Shown here: positions 7,178 through 18,351 of the stretch, piece after piece
How the letters are laid out: each line of letters opens with the position of its first letter
How positions within the stretch are numbered: position 1 is the first letter of the stretch
Origin: a virus
Length of the DNA stretch: 64,000 nt
IMG/VR virus record: IMGVR_UViG_3300034158_000007
Span: 32,001-96,000 of that record
Direction: 5' to 3' (one strand)
The notes under the pieces: model-generated
Databases searched by the model: none
What the model was told of the DNA's origin: nothing
Seen by the model: the letters and a program-made list of their open reading frames with translations, nothing else
Position numbers and translations under genes: made by a program

Positions 7178-10102
7178 TTAGATCGGTTCGAGTGTATGAC
7201 GCAACCAGTTGAAGACAATGTCATCCTCAATGGTTAGTTCTTGGTTCGGCAACACAGTAAGCTTCTTACGTACTGCCAAACGTACTGCCTCATCCTCTAC
7301 CGTGATGATAGCGAAGTTATTCGTGCCACCCAGACCAAAGGTCTCGATTGCCATTACATCACCCCCAGATGTCTCTGTGAGCTTTGTCAGGATATCGGAC
7401 ATGCTGATCGTACTGCGTTGTAGGTGGTCGTTGATAACCGACTTGGCATTAGCCAGCAGACTAGGTCGAATGGTCGGGTTGGTATAACCAGACTTATTCA
7501 GGTAGAAGCTAACAGTAAACGACTGATCCACAGGGATCGTTATTTGCTGACCCTCACGGATAGAAGCCACGGTATCACCATAGGTCGTAGTCGGGAAGAG
7601 GAACAACTCAGCCTCAGACAACAACTTGGCATCCAATGCAGCGATGTCGTTCTTAATCCAGTTAACGATTTCCATAGGGATCTCTTTGGCGTAAGCCGCT
7701 GCATCCCGTTCGTTAGCGTAATAGAACAAACCATCAACCATGAACAACGTAGTCTCATACATCAACTTACGGGGTGAGAGCAGAATAGGTTTACCATCTG
7801 CATCCAACATTGGATCACCTATGCGGTGAGCCATCACGGGATTACCCTGTTCGTCCAATACCGGATCACCAGCTCGATGCAATACTTGGTAATCCAAAGT
7901 ACCATCAGGCTTAACCACGATAATGATGTCGCCATTCGCATCGGTCGCATAGACGGTCTGCAAGTAATAGGCGGGGATGTTATGGTCGTACTTCTTATAG
8001 CTCTCAGAACTCAACACAGGACGGCTACGGCGCCACAGACGAGTCAGGTCGTAACCCAAGGTCGTAACCAAACGATCACGGTTAACGGTCATGAACAAAG
8101 CAGGTAGCAGATGGACCTGTACTTGCTCATCCAGCTCGTTAGGTTGGTAACCCGGTGTGATGGAGTTAACCACACAGATCGTTACGTCGAAGTTAGCTTG
8201 CAACGGAACGTAGTAGTTGTTCTGTGCATTACTGAACATCGTCATGTTGGTTGTACGCAGTTCATTATTGGCGGCGATGTCGTAGTTCGTCTCGATCTTA
8301 AACTGATACGTACGTTCACGCTCGGTCTTAGTAAACAGCGTGCCGTTCACAGAGGCCCAACGTTTCTCACCAGTTGGCTGATAACCGATTTGCAGAACGA
8401 TCTGACTGTCTTCCAGTTTACGGAAAGCTTCTGATTGTTCCAACGTCACAGTAATCACGTAACCCTTTTCGTCACGAGTGATGTTGTAATCACCGACAGC
8501 AACCTGCAAGTTAGCGGTATCGTTCTCACCCACAAAGATCTTCTGGGTAATGCTTGGGTTATCCAAGTAGTACGGGCGCATATCGAAGTTGTTATTGGTG
8601 GCATCCAACACGTTGTGAAATGGCGAGTAAACATAACGACTACCATTCATCTCACGAGCACGTTGTTCAGCACCCATTTCGTCAAGGCGCGCGATAGCGG
8701 CATCAGTCAAGGTGTTGACTTTACCATTACCGAAGCTATAAAGCATCGACGGCATGAGAGTCATGCGACTACCGTTGTCAGATACGTGCGCAGAGCCCGA
8801 GAGACTGTCCATGTTGAACGTAATCTCTGACATGGCCACACCTGCACCACTTACGACGTCTAGTGCCTTAGGACGGCTTAGGCGACGTGTAGCGAGGTAC
8901 TCAAGGTTCGTGATGTTATCAACGTTAGTTACGAGTCCATAACCACGACGGTCAAGTTGAGCTTGCAACTGAACGTTAGTGATTGGTACCTGCATTGGAC
9001 CCAAGGTGTTGTTGATCACTTGGTCACGCAATGTCTCAAATGGCATCTTATCTGCACCACCGGTGATCCGTTCACGCGCCAGCACTTGGCAAGTCGTTAG
9101 GGTATCGAGCGGAGCGGTGAAAGTACGGTCATCATCGATCGAGTTGAACTTAACGCTAAACTCAGTATCTTTAACGGTACCCAGATCCATATCCAAAATA
9201 CCTTGGGTGGTATAGATATCGATCCGAACGCTACCGGTAGCCAACCCGGTTGTAACGTAGATGGTTGGGATACTTACCTTGAGTCGATTACCCACCACCT
9301 TAAACACAACCGTTAGATCAGCCGGGTTATACATCAAAGCTGAGTGTGTGGTCGTGACTTCTTTCCAAGTGGTTTCATCGTCTCGGGAGATAAACGCACG
9401 GGCGTAGAAGAACTGGTCGGTAAAGACGTATTCAGTCTGAAACAAAGCCTCTGGGTTCAGGATGTCAGAATAAGAGTTAACTTTAAACTGAAGCATCGGG
9501 ATAGTCATCATCATCAAACGACGACGTTGGTTATCACGCTTAGAAACCAGCATGTCCCATTTAACGATGTTAGTCGACAACTGTTGTACAGGGGATTCCT
9601 TGTCCAGTACGTATTCGAGCGTAATACCACCGTGACGCATTACGGTCAATTGAATCGGATACTGCATGGTGAACGCAAGGCTTGGAGTTTTGAACTCAGA
9701 CATGCGTGGGATAACCAAACGCTTAAGACCTTGGTCACCAAATGGGACAGCCTTAGATACGATCTCGTCGTAATCCAAAATCAGTAACCACGGGGTGGAA
9801 GCGGGCACAGCAAAACGATTCAGGTAATCGTCATCGGACATGTGCAGGTAAAGATCTTCTTGTGTCTGGGCTTGACGAGCATAAAGCTTACCCATCAGTG
9901 CTTCAACTTCAGAGATGTTAGCAGCCGTCTCCATGCTACCACATTCCATCAGATACACGAATGGCAGTGTGCCATCCGGGATGTCGTAGGTTGGGTTCCG
10001 ATCGTCGGGGTTAACTTGTGAATCCAACTCGTTCAACATCAGAGTTTGGATCAAAGCGGGGTTCCGTAGAACCTCGTAAAGATTGTCTTTAAAGCTGCTC
10101 AT
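7178..10102 (-). CDS. Large virion structural protein, probable baseplate component (phiKZ gp87-like)
   Basis: 974-aa beta-rich ORF. Size, strand and position match the phiKZ gp87/gp88 minus-strand pair. Confidence 0.7.
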   Translation of the reverse strand: MSSFKDNLYEVLRNPALIQTLMLNELDSQVNPDDRNPTYDIPDGTLPFVYLMECGSMETAANISEVEALMGKLYARQAQTQEDLYLHMSDDDYLNRFAVPASTPWLLILDYDEIVSKAVPFGDQGLKRLVIPRMSEFKTPSLAFTMQYPIQLTVMRHGGITLEYVLDKESPVQQLSTNIVKWDMLVSKRDNQRRRLMMMTIPMLQFKVNSYSDILNPEALFQTEYVFTDQFFYARAFISRDDETTWKEVTTTHSALMYNPADLTVVFKVVGNRLKVSIPTIYVTTGLATGSVRIDIYTTQGILDMDLGTVKDTEFSVKFNSIDDDRTFTAPLDTLTTCQVLARERITGGADKMPFETLRDQVINNTLGPMQVPITNVQLQAQLDRRGYGLVTNVDNITNLEYLATRRLSRPKALDVVSGAGVAMSEITFNMDSLSGSAHVSDNGSRMTLMPSMLYSFGNGKVNTLTDAAIARLDEMGAEQRAREMNGSRYVYSPFHNVLDATNNNFDMRPYYLDNPSITQKIFVGENDTANLQVAVGDYNITRDEKGYVITVTLEQSEAFRKLEDSQIVLQIGYQPTGEKRWASVNGTLFTKTERERTYQFKIETNYDIAANNELRTTNMTMFSNAQNNYYVPLQANFDVTICVVNSITPGYQPNELDEQVQVHLLPALFMTVNRDRLVTTLGYDLTRLWRRSRPVLSSESYKKYDHNIPAYYLQTVYATDANGDIIIVVKPDGTLDYQVLHRAGDPVLDEQGNPVMAHRIGDPMLDADGKPILLSPRKLMYETTLFMVDGLFYYANERDAAAYAKEIPMEIVNWIKNDIAALDAKLLSEAELFLFPTTTYGDTVASIREGQQITIPVDQSFTVSFYLNKSGYTNPTIRPSLLANAKSVINDHLQRSTISMSDILTKLTETSGGDVMAIETFGLGGTNNFAIITVEDEAVRLAVRKKLTVLPNQELTIEDDIVFNWLRHTLEPI

Positions 10103-10115
10103 TGAAGTACCTATG

Positions 10116-11159
10116 TTAATCAGTGAAACTACGGGTCAGGTTACCACCAAGCTTGGCTTCGTATTCTGAACGTAGTACGTGCCATTCGAGTTCGTTGTGT
10201 GCAGCAACGTTGATATACGGGTATGCTTCGAAGTTGAACCAGTTGATCTCATTCTTCTTCAGCTTAACGGTAGCTGTACCACGTTGGTCATCCTTCATTG
10301 CCGGATTGAATTCTTGCACGAGTTCGTTAAACTCATAAATAAGGATGTAGTCGTAAATCGTCAAACCCATGCAGCGGATACTAAAGTTCAACTGCTCACT
10401 AACAACCTGATACGGTGTCTCTGAACCATCACCGGTGAAGTTCAAACCTTGACCAGTTGGAGCGTTCATGAACAGAGCTGCACCCGGTGCGGCCATACGC
10501 TGTACGAAGGTACGTGTGGAGTCCATTACCAACCGATAGACACGGATGTTAGCATCGTATTCGTTCAATAGTAACAGGTTTGGATAGGGCATAATACGGC
10601 CTTCACGAGACAAGCCCATGTAGACTTGCATCATGTACATCATCCATGTTATAGGATCTCCGTCAATGTTCCGGCAGGTCATCTGTAGATCGTAGGTCCC
10701 AAATTGATACGGGACGTCATCTACATATGACATCGCATCACGGTATACGCCTGGAGTAGTTGTACCCAAGTTCAACGTGAAGTCTTCCCAACCGGTAAGG
10801 CTAATCAAATTGTTAGACAGCAGCGGAATGAACGGATTGAGTGGGTCCACACCTGGACACCAATCATAACCCATCGTACGGTGTAGCTCTGGATCTAGGT
10901 AAGCACGAACTCGACGCTCAATACTCTGTGAGTTTGGGTTGAGTAGCATTTGTAAGCGCCGATCGACCATGCAGTTTTGTTCGGACAAGTTAAGATACGG
11001 ACGGGTGAAGAAAGTGTAACCATGGTTCTCTGTGTTCAGAGGAACAGCGTTGTTACGCCCTGTAATATTCAGGCCACGAAAGGTTTCAGATACAGCTTGA
11101 TCTCGTGGAGACAAACCCGTGTTCTTAACGATCTGATTGATGAAATCATTTAACGCCAT
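10116..11159 (-). CDS. Virion structural protein (phiKZ gp88-like, tail/baseplate)
   Basis: 347-aa ORF with GYTFFTRPYLNLS motif, syntenic with gp88. Confidence 0.65.
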   Translation of the reverse strand: MALNDFINQIVKNTGLSPRDQAVSETFRGLNITGRNNAVPLNTENHGYTFFTRPYLNLSEQNCMVDRRLQMLLNPNSQSIERRVRAYLDPELHRTMGYDWCPGVDPLNPFIPLLSNNLISLTGWEDFTLNLGTTTPGVYRDAMSYVDDVPYQFGTYDLQMTCRNIDGDPITWMMYMMQVYMGLSREGRIMPYPNLLLLNEYDANIRVYRLVMDSTRTFVQRMAAPGAALFMNAPTGQGLNFTGDGSETPYQVVSEQLNFSIRCMGLTIYDYILIYEFNELVQEFNPAMKDDQRGTATVKLKKNEINWFNFEAYPYINVAAHNELEWHVLRSEYEAKLGGNLTRSFTD

Positions 11160-11196
11160 TTTTTTAATCTCTTAGTCAATTAAAGGAAGAGAGAGC

Positions 11197-12411
11197 ATGC
11201 CATTACCAATTGTTAACTCCGCAATCCGTGGAGATGCAGGCGCTGTAGGTCGTGACCTAATGGCCACTGTACTGACCGCTGCAAAGTCGATGAGTTCCAT
11301 TAGCTCCCTTGCTGATGTAACCAAACCTTTGCGTGTTGAGCCAATCACCATCATCGATCAGTCTATTGCTGACCAACCTTACATCCAAGACCTGCTCAAG
11401 TTGAGCGTTAGCCTTTATGCCGGTTATTACCTGCAAGCTGTTAACATGGTATTCGGTGTAGGTAAGATCGATACCCTGAAAGTATTCGATACCCTTAACC
11501 CGGAACGTAGTGGCGCATCAGCCCTCGGTTTCGAGAACTTCCGTGCTGCGGTTTATGAACCAAGTACGTACGCTAATGGCATTCCATCTCTGGAAGCATT
11601 TTCCAAGCCTATGCGTCAGGGTCTCATTGCTGAATACTCGGAAGAGAAATATGTAGCCTCTTTGGAATATCATGCTTCTTTGGAAGCTGAAGATCCTAAC
11701 GCCGATAAGCGTGATCAGAAAGGTGGTAAGGAACCAGTTCACAGTATGTCGTCCAGTGATGGCGGCAAAATCTATGAAGCTGAGAACCTGGCTATCGGTA
11801 AACTGGTTAACGTTACTGTTAAGTCGGGCGGTGAAGAAGCTAAGCTCCCAGTGACCATCAAATTGATTCCTGCGGTTGTGCCTTCTGACACAATCACTCA
11901 TATCTTTACTGCTGGTGGACGTGATACTTGGGCGCACCGTCTTTTCCTTGTTAAGTCCGGTCAGATTAAATTCTGGCGTGACTTCGTAATGGGTCAGGAT
12001 ATGATCGATGCCCACATGAAGGCTTTGATGTCGGATCGTACCGGCGTTTATAAGACCATTTTGGATCGTCGTCGTAATAACGTTGCACAAGCTATTGCCT
12101 CGGGTCGACTGAGTCTGGCTGATGCCTCTAACATCGCTATCATTTCTTCGACTACCATGAAGCAATCGGCTAACACTCTCTACGCTAAGATGGATGACAT
12201 CAACGTGCGTAAGAAGTTCTTCGATAACTCGTACCTGTTGATGATGATGACTGTTGATGAGCGTTGGGGTCGTGTGACTATTTATCACCGTGGTGTGGAC
12301 ATGGCTTCTAGCTGGCGCATCGATGACATCAAAGTTGCTGAAAAGAACAAAGGTCAGGATATCACCGAGATCTTCAAAATGTTCAGCAAGCAAATGCACA
12401 CTAACATCTAA
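11197..12411 (+). CDS. Major inner-head protein (phiKZ gp89-like)
   Basis: Repeated SLE maturation motifs (PSLE, VASLE, HASLE), LGFE, and synteny. Confidence 0.7.
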   Translation: MPLPIVNSAIRGDAGAVGRDLMATVLTAAKSMSSISSLADVTKPLRVEPITIIDQSIADQPYIQDLLKLSVSLYAGYYLQAVNMVFGVGKIDTLKVFDTLNPERSGASALGFENFRAAVYEPSTYANGIPSLEAFSKPMRQGLIAEYSEEKYVASLEYHASLEAEDPNADKRDQKGGKEPVHSMSSSDGGKIYEAENLAIGKLVNVTVKSGGEEAKLPVTIKLIPAVVPSDTITHIFTAGGRDTWAHRLFLVKSGQIKFWRDFVMGQDMIDAHMKALMSDRTGVYKTILDRRRNNVAQAIASGRLSLADASNIAIISSTTMKQSANTLYAKMDDINVRKKFFDNSYLLMMMTVDERWGRVTIYHRGVDMASSWRIDDIKVAEKNKGQDITEIFKMFSKQMHTNI

Positions 12412-12423
12412 GGACGCCCAACG

Positions 12424-13314
12424 ATGAGTATTCTCGCCTTTATCGAATCCATGCCAGCCGTCATGGAACGCCGTAGCATCCTTGCGGTACTGGAACAACT
12501 GAAGATGGAGTACGACGATACAGTCGCTCCATTCATTGACGATGTACGTTCAGCCTTTAGTGGGGTGGACTTCAAATCGAACTTGATGAAACGCATGGAC
12601 ACCGTAACCCGGCGCTATGTAAGTTTCCAAGGTAACTCGTTTAACCTGATCCTGAACAACCTGTCTAACCTGCGCAATGCTTTCCCGATCATCGAGAAAG
12701 ACGTACGTACTGCATTCAGTGTTCAGTTCACCAACACCAACATGTCCTTCGAGCGTGCTAACGTTCTGAAGTTCATCGAAGCTCTGGCCTTCTACATCCG
12801 CTACGGTCGTAAGTTCATGCTGTTCGCTATTGCTCAAGAAGCACTGGCGGTTGGTAAAGCTACTCCACCAAAGTGGTCAGCTGCTGAATCCGAATGGGTT
12901 GATGAGAACATGGACCAGTTCGCTGGTTTGTACGTTACCATGTCCCTGCCACCAGAACAGTTTAAAGCTCGTCTTCAGAAGGCATCGAATGCCGTCGTTG
13001 ACTCTGCTACCTTTGCTATCGCACAGCAGTCGCTGGGTGTGCAGAAGACTGACCCTCTGGAAATGGATGGTTTCTCCCCACGTCAGAACTTCCTGATGAT
13101 GGCGGGTAAGTTCCTGGCCGAGATGCAGGTAAGTCGCTACCACGAAGCTAAGGAAGAGTTCTATGGTCTGCAACTGCGACTGAACGAACTTCAAGAGCTG
13201 CAACGTGGCGAGCAGGCTAACCCAGTTATCCAAAAACAGATCCAAGCATACGAGAAACGAATCTCTGAATACGCGTACGAGATGCGTCGCATTGAAGAGA
13301 AGGCCGGTCTCTAA
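12424..13314 (+). CDS. Inner-head protein (phiKZ gp90-like)
   Basis: 296-aa highly expressed-type codon usage, AAGGA RBS, synteny. Confidence 0.65.
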   Translation: MSILAFIESMPAVMERRSILAVLEQLKMEYDDTVAPFIDDVRSAFSGVDFKSNLMKRMDTVTRRYVSFQGNSFNLILNNLSNLRNAFPIIEKDVRTAFSVQFTNTNMSFERANVLKFIEALAFYIRYGRKFMLFAIAQEALAVGKATPPKWSAAESEWVDENMDQFAGLYVTMSLPPEQFKARLQKASNAVVDSATFAIAQQSLGVQKTDPLEMDGFSPRQNFLMMAGKFLAEMQVSRYHEAKEEFYGLQLRLNELQELQRGEQANPVIQKQIQAYEKRISEYAYEMRRIEEKAGL

Positions 13315-13323
13315 GGGGGACAC

Positions 13324-13857
13324 ATGTCGAATATTGCTGTAAGACCGTTCCCTGAGAACCGTGACTACTCCGGTGGTCAAGCCAAAGCCAGTCGTCGGTT
13401 TGAGATGCGCATTGGTGACCCACGTGTACACAGCCTGTTCGTGGAGTTTACCAACTTCCCTAAACAAGCTATCACATGGGACTTCCAGAAACGTGTGATC
13501 GAACTAGCGCAAGATCTCTTCGCTGGTGAATATAGCTGGTTCATTCGTCAAGACGCTAACGCACTCTTGAAGGATCAGAACTACGCATTCGTACTCGACA
13601 CCATTCGATACATTGCAACTGGTCATCGTAAGTTTAGCATCCACACGTGGCCTGCTCTACTGACCTACGAAGTTCCAGTGATTACCGAATCGGTTGAAGG
13701 TCGTCGTGATATCTATTTCCTGATGCAGAAACTGACGGTGCCTACTCAGGCCGATAAGTTCATTGCACAGTGGTTGTCCCACAAAGACGGCTTTAATGAT
13801 CTCATGTACTCGCTGCACATGTTGTTTGGCAACGTGCCAGAGAAAGTGAACACTTAA
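13324..13857 (+). CDS. Virion protein (phiKZ gp91-like)
   Basis: 177-aa ORF, GGGGGA RBS, operon position. Confidence 0.6.
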   Translation: MSNIAVRPFPENRDYSGGQAKASRRFEMRIGDPRVHSLFVEFTNFPKQAITWDFQKRVIELAQDLFAGEYSWFIRQDANALLKDQNYAFVLDTIRYIATGHRKFSIHTWPALLTYEVPVITESVEGRRDIYFLMQKLTVPTQADKFIAQWLSHKDGFNDLMYSLHMLFGNVPEKVNT

Positions 13858-13866
13858 GGAGGGATA

Positions 13867-15156
13867 ATGGTTAATTCAATTAGCCAATCCCAGCCTACTA
13901 ATCTCGGCGGGGTAACACCTGCCGATTTTAACGTCTTGTCCAATGAGTATTTTCAAGAGCTAGATTCCCAGAGTGAAAACATGGGTAAACTGGTTAAGGA
14001 AATGGCATCGCTTGAGCAACTGATGACTTACCTTGAAGAGGGTGACCCACAGTTGTTTGGTCTTGCTCTCGAGCAGTTCGAACTCACACAGGTGATATCC
14101 TCAGAGGACGTCAATCGTGCGGCAATGCAGGCTTGGGATCGTGTAAAGATTAATTTGCGTCGATTCCAGAGTGACCTCTTTGGTTATGCCAAGGTGATTC
14201 AATCTGGAGCCGATCGACTGGTGGAACGTCTTGAGATGTTAATGAAGATGGCTGAGAAAGCCAACTCTAAACCTTTCAAGGAAGAGATCACTTTGAAGAA
14301 GACTGCGAAGTTTTCGGTCAATGGCGGGTTTCAACCTAAAGACATTCGTCCCGTGTTGGAAGACACTAACAATATCTACGACTTCTATGACAAGGTTCTT
14401 TTGAACTACATGAAGCAGATCGATAAGCTCTTGCAGACTGTCGAGATGGACCAAACGTGGACAGACGAATCGGTAATGCGATTTGAGTTGTTTACTGCTG
14501 GCAAGTGGATGAAGAACTTCAAACCTTTGGAAGAACCAGACGATCGGTTCCGAGCATCTGCTTACGTAGTTCGAGGGATTACTGCTCAAGGGGAAAGGGC
14601 ATTGTATTACTCAGGGCCACCTGAGACTAAGACCGAGGATATTAAAGACTGGGGTTATTTCATTAACACTATTCGGACTATCCGTTTTCGTTACATCAAG
14701 ATTCCTAACCAAACACCGGTTAACGAATCAGACGACACCGTTAAGGTAGACGGTGCTTCAACTATCCGTCAGCGTATTGGTTATCTACTGGGTATTGCTA
14801 AACGCATTGCTGCCCGTAAAGGGTACGACCAGAAGATCTCTGCTGAGTTGAGGAAGATCGAACGCAGTGCTGATAAGATCCGTAATGCCGCTCGTCAAAT
14901 GCGTACACAGTTAGACCGTCGCACAGCTGAGGAAGAAACCGATCAAGGTCGACCTTCGGTATCCGATATTGTTAAGGACCTAACCACCATTATGACCAGT
15001 ACGATGAGACTAGTGAACGAGTTCAATAACTCCATCGCTGGACAACTCCGATTGGTAGGGGCATTAGGATTCGTGTCTGACCTTGAGCTGCAAGCCTATG
15101 AGGCGCCGCTTGAGAAACCGAAAGAAGAAGTACAAGAGAAACTCGACCAGAACTAG
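13867..15156 (+). CDS. Head protein (phiKZ gp92-like)
   Basis: AGGAGG RBS; ASLE and ALE cleavage-type motifs. Confidence 0.65.
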   Translation: MVNSISQSQPTNLGGVTPADFNVLSNEYFQELDSQSENMGKLVKEMASLEQLMTYLEEGDPQLFGLALEQFELTQVISSEDVNRAAMQAWDRVKINLRRFQSDLFGYAKVIQSGADRLVERLEMLMKMAEKANSKPFKEEITLKKTAKFSVNGGFQPKDIRPVLEDTNNIYDFYDKVLLNYMKQIDKLLQTVEMDQTWTDESVMRFELFTAGKWMKNFKPLEEPDDRFRASAYVVRGITAQGERALYYSGPPETKTEDIKDWGYFINTIRTIRFRYIKIPNQTPVNESDDTVKVDGASTIRQRIGYLLGIAKRIAARKGYDQKISAELRKIERSADKIRNAARQMRTQLDRRTAEEETDQGRPSVSDIVKDLTTIMTSTMRLVNEFNNSIAGQLRLVGALGFVSDLELQAYEAPLEKPKEEVQEKLDQN

Positions 15157-15222
15157 CCCAGTGGGAACCTACGTGGTTCCCATTATGCTATGTTATTCTA
15201 ATTCCTCATAGAGAGAACAAAC

Positions 15223-17112
15223 ATGTCCCTGTTCAACCTAAGTTTGCACGCAAGCAAAGAAGACTTTGCTGATTCGCATGAGCCTGTCAATGACGGCGTA
15301 AAAGAAGTACCGAATGCTCAGACCATCGCAGCCAGTGTTAAATCTGGTTCTGCTGATACTGACACAAACAACGCTGGTGAAGCCAAGATCATCCCTGAGA
15401 AACCAGACACCGACGACGCTACCGAGAAACAACATGACACGGTTGCAGAGTCTGCTGAGAAAGGCGCCACTAAACCGGCAGCTGCATCTACTGAGGAACC
15501 GGCTCAAAAGCCAACCACCGATACCATCGACAAGAAAGCTCCTCCTTTCGTAAAGAAAGATGAAGCTGCTGATGAGACCGCTGAAGCTGATAAGCCTAAG
15601 CCTGTGGATGCACCGCTTGAGCACGAAACTAAAGAAGCCGCTGAAGACGAGAAGAAGAAGACCGAGAAAGTAACGGAGTCTTTGGAAGGTTACCTGACTC
15701 ACGCTAGTCGTTTCGATATCGTAGGCTACCCTAAGGCCGATCGTGAGAAACTGCAACAGCGTATGAACTGGGTTGCTCGTCGTACCGGCAACGCCACTAA
15801 CGTAACCATCTCTGCTGAGTCTATCGGTGTATTGGTTGAAGCTGGTAAGGCTCGTGTTACCGCGCTCGATAAAGAAGTGCGTCAGCATGATAAACGTAAA
15901 GCGGGTCTGGAAGAGTTCACCGACTTGGTCGTTCAATCGGCTAACGAACCCGTAGCTGAGACTTCGATTGATAACCTCAATCCTGAAGCTGCCGCAGGTT
16001 TGACTGAACAACAGATCGATCCATTGGATGTGGGTATCACCAGCATTAACCAAGTTCAAGAAGCTATTCAGACTTTGCAAGAAGGTCAGGTGGCCATCGA
16101 ACAGTACGTTCAACTGGTCCGTAATTCTGGTCGTATTTCTAAACAAGCTGCCGCTGTATTGCATGCTGGGTTGGAACACATCGATCGTAAGTGTGGGTTG
16201 AAAGTTCGTGCTACCGGTATGGAGGGTTACGACACTACCCCACGTGCGGCTATGGAAGATGCTGAGGTTAATGAGAAAACTCTTCTGTCTCGTGCCGGTG
16301 AGATTGGTGCTAAGATTCTTCAGTTCCTGCGTCAGTTATATGACAAAGCTACCAACGTGTGGCACAAGTTCAATAACAACCTGTCTACGCTTCAAAACAA
16401 TATTGAAGCTACACTTGAAAAGGTTAAGGGCTTGGACGAGAGTCGTCGTGATGGCGGACCCATTACAGTGAAGGCTAGTCCTGAACTGTTTATCGGGACT
16501 GATTTCATCGGCCTTGAAATGACCCGTGAAGAGTGGGATGGTTTGAGTCTGCTGCAATCCACACAGACCAAGGCATTTAAGGAACTGGTTAAACCGGCTC
16601 TGGCCCTGATTAAAAGTCAAGGTATCAGTGAAGACACCGAACAAGCTATCATTCAGATGTCCGATGACTACACGCGCAACAACCATAAAGAATTACCTTT
16701 GCCTGGTAACTGGACCCTGACTCAAGCTGGCGCAGCTGTAGACTATGCTTACGGTACCGGTGCTAATCACAGTGATACCGTTGAAGTCGATATCCCTACA
16801 AAGGGTGAGCTGACTAAACTGCTCGGCGACCTCACTAAGTACGTGACTGCACTCAGCGATGAATCGGTAATGAATACCCTGAAACAGCTGGAACGTGAAG
16901 TAACCACGACTCTGGCTGGTGCACGTAAGGGTGAGTACGATGAGATCACTTTCCAGAAGCTTCAGAACGCTGTAATTTCTGATCTGGTTAAACCACTGAG
17001 CCTCGACAAGTATTTCACCGTGATTCGTCACCTGGCTGGTACAGCTGGTAAGAAGGTGGTGTTGATCGAACAGCTTACCAAGAACTTCTATGGTGGCCGT
17101 CAAGCCGAGTAA
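15223..17112 (+). CDS. Internal head/ejection protein paralog with charged N-terminal propeptide (phiKZ gp93-97 family)
   Basis: About 150-aa E/K/A/P-rich N-terminus ending in ESLE, followed by AGLE/TGME motifs. Confidence 0.7.
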   Translation: MSLFNLSLHASKEDFADSHEPVNDGVKEVPNAQTIAASVKSGSADTDTNNAGEAKIIPEKPDTDDATEKQHDTVAESAEKGATKPAAASTEEPAQKPTTDTIDKKAPPFVKKDEAADETAEADKPKPVDAPLEHETKEAAEDEKKKTEKVTESLEGYLTHASRFDIVGYPKADREKLQQRMNWVARRTGNATNVTISAESIGVLVEAGKARVTALDKEVRQHDKRKAGLEEFTDLVVQSANEPVAETSIDNLNPEAAAGLTEQQIDPLDVGITSINQVQEAIQTLQEGQVAIEQYVQLVRNSGRISKQAAAVLHAGLEHIDRKCGLKVRATGMEGYDTTPRAAMEDAEVNEKTLLSRAGEIGAKILQFLRQLYDKATNVWHKFNNNLSTLQNNIEATLEKVKGLDESRRDGGPITVKASPELFIGTDFIGLEMTREEWDGLSLLQSTQTKAFKELVKPALALIKSQGISEDTEQAIIQMSDDYTRNNHKELPLPGNWTLTQAGAAVDYAYGTGANHSDTVEVDIPTKGELTKLLGDLTKYVTALSDESVMNTLKQLEREVTTTLAGARKGEYDEITFQKLQNAVISDLVKPLSLDKYFTVIRHLAGTAGKKVVLIEQLTKNFYGGRQAE

Positions 17113-17161
17113 CCGTAAATTGGGGAGTTAGCTCCCCATTCCATTTCGTAAAGGGTAAGTT

Positions 17162-18322
17162 ATGACTGACCAAACACGCGAACACCACGGCAATCCAGAT
17201 GCCGAGCCTGGTGATGTCAAAGATACACACGCCTATGACGAGAACATTGTTCAAGATACCGTCATGGAGGTGCACGAATTAATGGGGTTGCGTACAGCGA
17301 TTGAAAACTATCGTGATCAAGTAGTTGCCGCTGGTCGTGATGGCCTTGACCCATTGGCTAAATCCATTATGCAGGTTAACCTGCGTCAGATCGGATTGGG
17401 TAGTAATCGGTATGGCCTTGAGGCTTTCGGTGAGGATGGTATCCCATCGGTAGAAGACTTCAAAGAAACACTGGACGGAATCGGTGCTAAGATCATGGCT
17501 TTCATCGAAAAGCTGATCGCCCACGCTAAAGTCGTAGGTGCTAAGATCATGTCTGGTATTAGTAGTGTTACTACTAAAGCTGAAGAACTGATCGACAAAG
17601 CACGGACTCGGGGCACTCGGGCGTCCACTGAACTTCACGGTGATGAACAAGAAGTCACCATTAACTCACCTGGCCTGCTATTTGCAGACGGCGAGTTCTG
17701 TATCGATGACTGTCGTTCTGAGCAAGAAGTAATCAAGTTCTTTATCAACACTTGGCCTAAGTATGCTGTCCAGCAAATCGAACGTGCCAAGAAGATGATT
17801 ACCGAATACGATGTTGAGTCGGGTAATTCTGAGAACTTCACGGCTAACTCTGAATTCATCGGTAACCACCAATCGTTGGCTGACACACTGGCTGGGCGTA
17901 TCCTACCGGGTAATAAAGAGATCACATTTAAATATGTAGCTCTCGGACCCGAATTGGTTAACGCTGAGAATGCTCAGGCTGCACCAGATGCCTACACCTA
18001 CACCGTACGTACTAATGCCGAGATCCAGGGTACTCTTCGTAAGAACATTGCCTCCATGAATGCATTGGGTAAGATGTTCAGCGAAGAAGCTGATATCTAT
18101 CGTCACATGGGTACACTGTCTAAGGCCGTTGGTGATCTGGAAGGTCGTCGTGGGGAAACCGTTTGGAAATCTGCACGTGAAGACCTTGATGCCATCTCAA
18201 CTATGATGATGGATCTGATCGTTCGACTCAAGCCTAACTATGAACCAATCGTTTCGTATTTGGGTAAAGTAGGTGCCGCGCGTAACGCTGCGTGTCAACA
18301 AGAACTTAATGCGTCACGCTAA
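17162..18322 (+). CDS. Internal head protein paralog (phiKZ gp93-97 family)
   Basis: YGLEAF motif followed by the helical KIMAFIEKLI segment shared with neighbouring paralogs. Confidence 0.7.
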   Translation: MTDQTREHHGNPDAEPGDVKDTHAYDENIVQDTVMEVHELMGLRTAIENYRDQVVAAGRDGLDPLAKSIMQVNLRQIGLGSNRYGLEAFGEDGIPSVEDFKETLDGIGAKIMAFIEKLIAHAKVVGAKIMSGISSVTTKAEELIDKARTRGTRASTELHGDEQEVTINSPGLLFADGEFCIDDCRSEQEVIKFFINTWPKYAVQQIERAKKMITEYDVESGNSENFTANSEFIGNHQSLADTLAGRILPGNKEITFKYVALGPELVNAENAQAAPDAYTYTVRTNAEIQGTLRKNIASMNALGKMFSEEADIYRHMGTLSKAVGDLEGRRGETVWKSAREDLDAISTMMMDLIVRLKPNYEPIVSYLGKVGAARNAACQQELNASR

Positions 18323-18351
18323 TCCTATAGCTCTCTATAAAGGAAACGAAT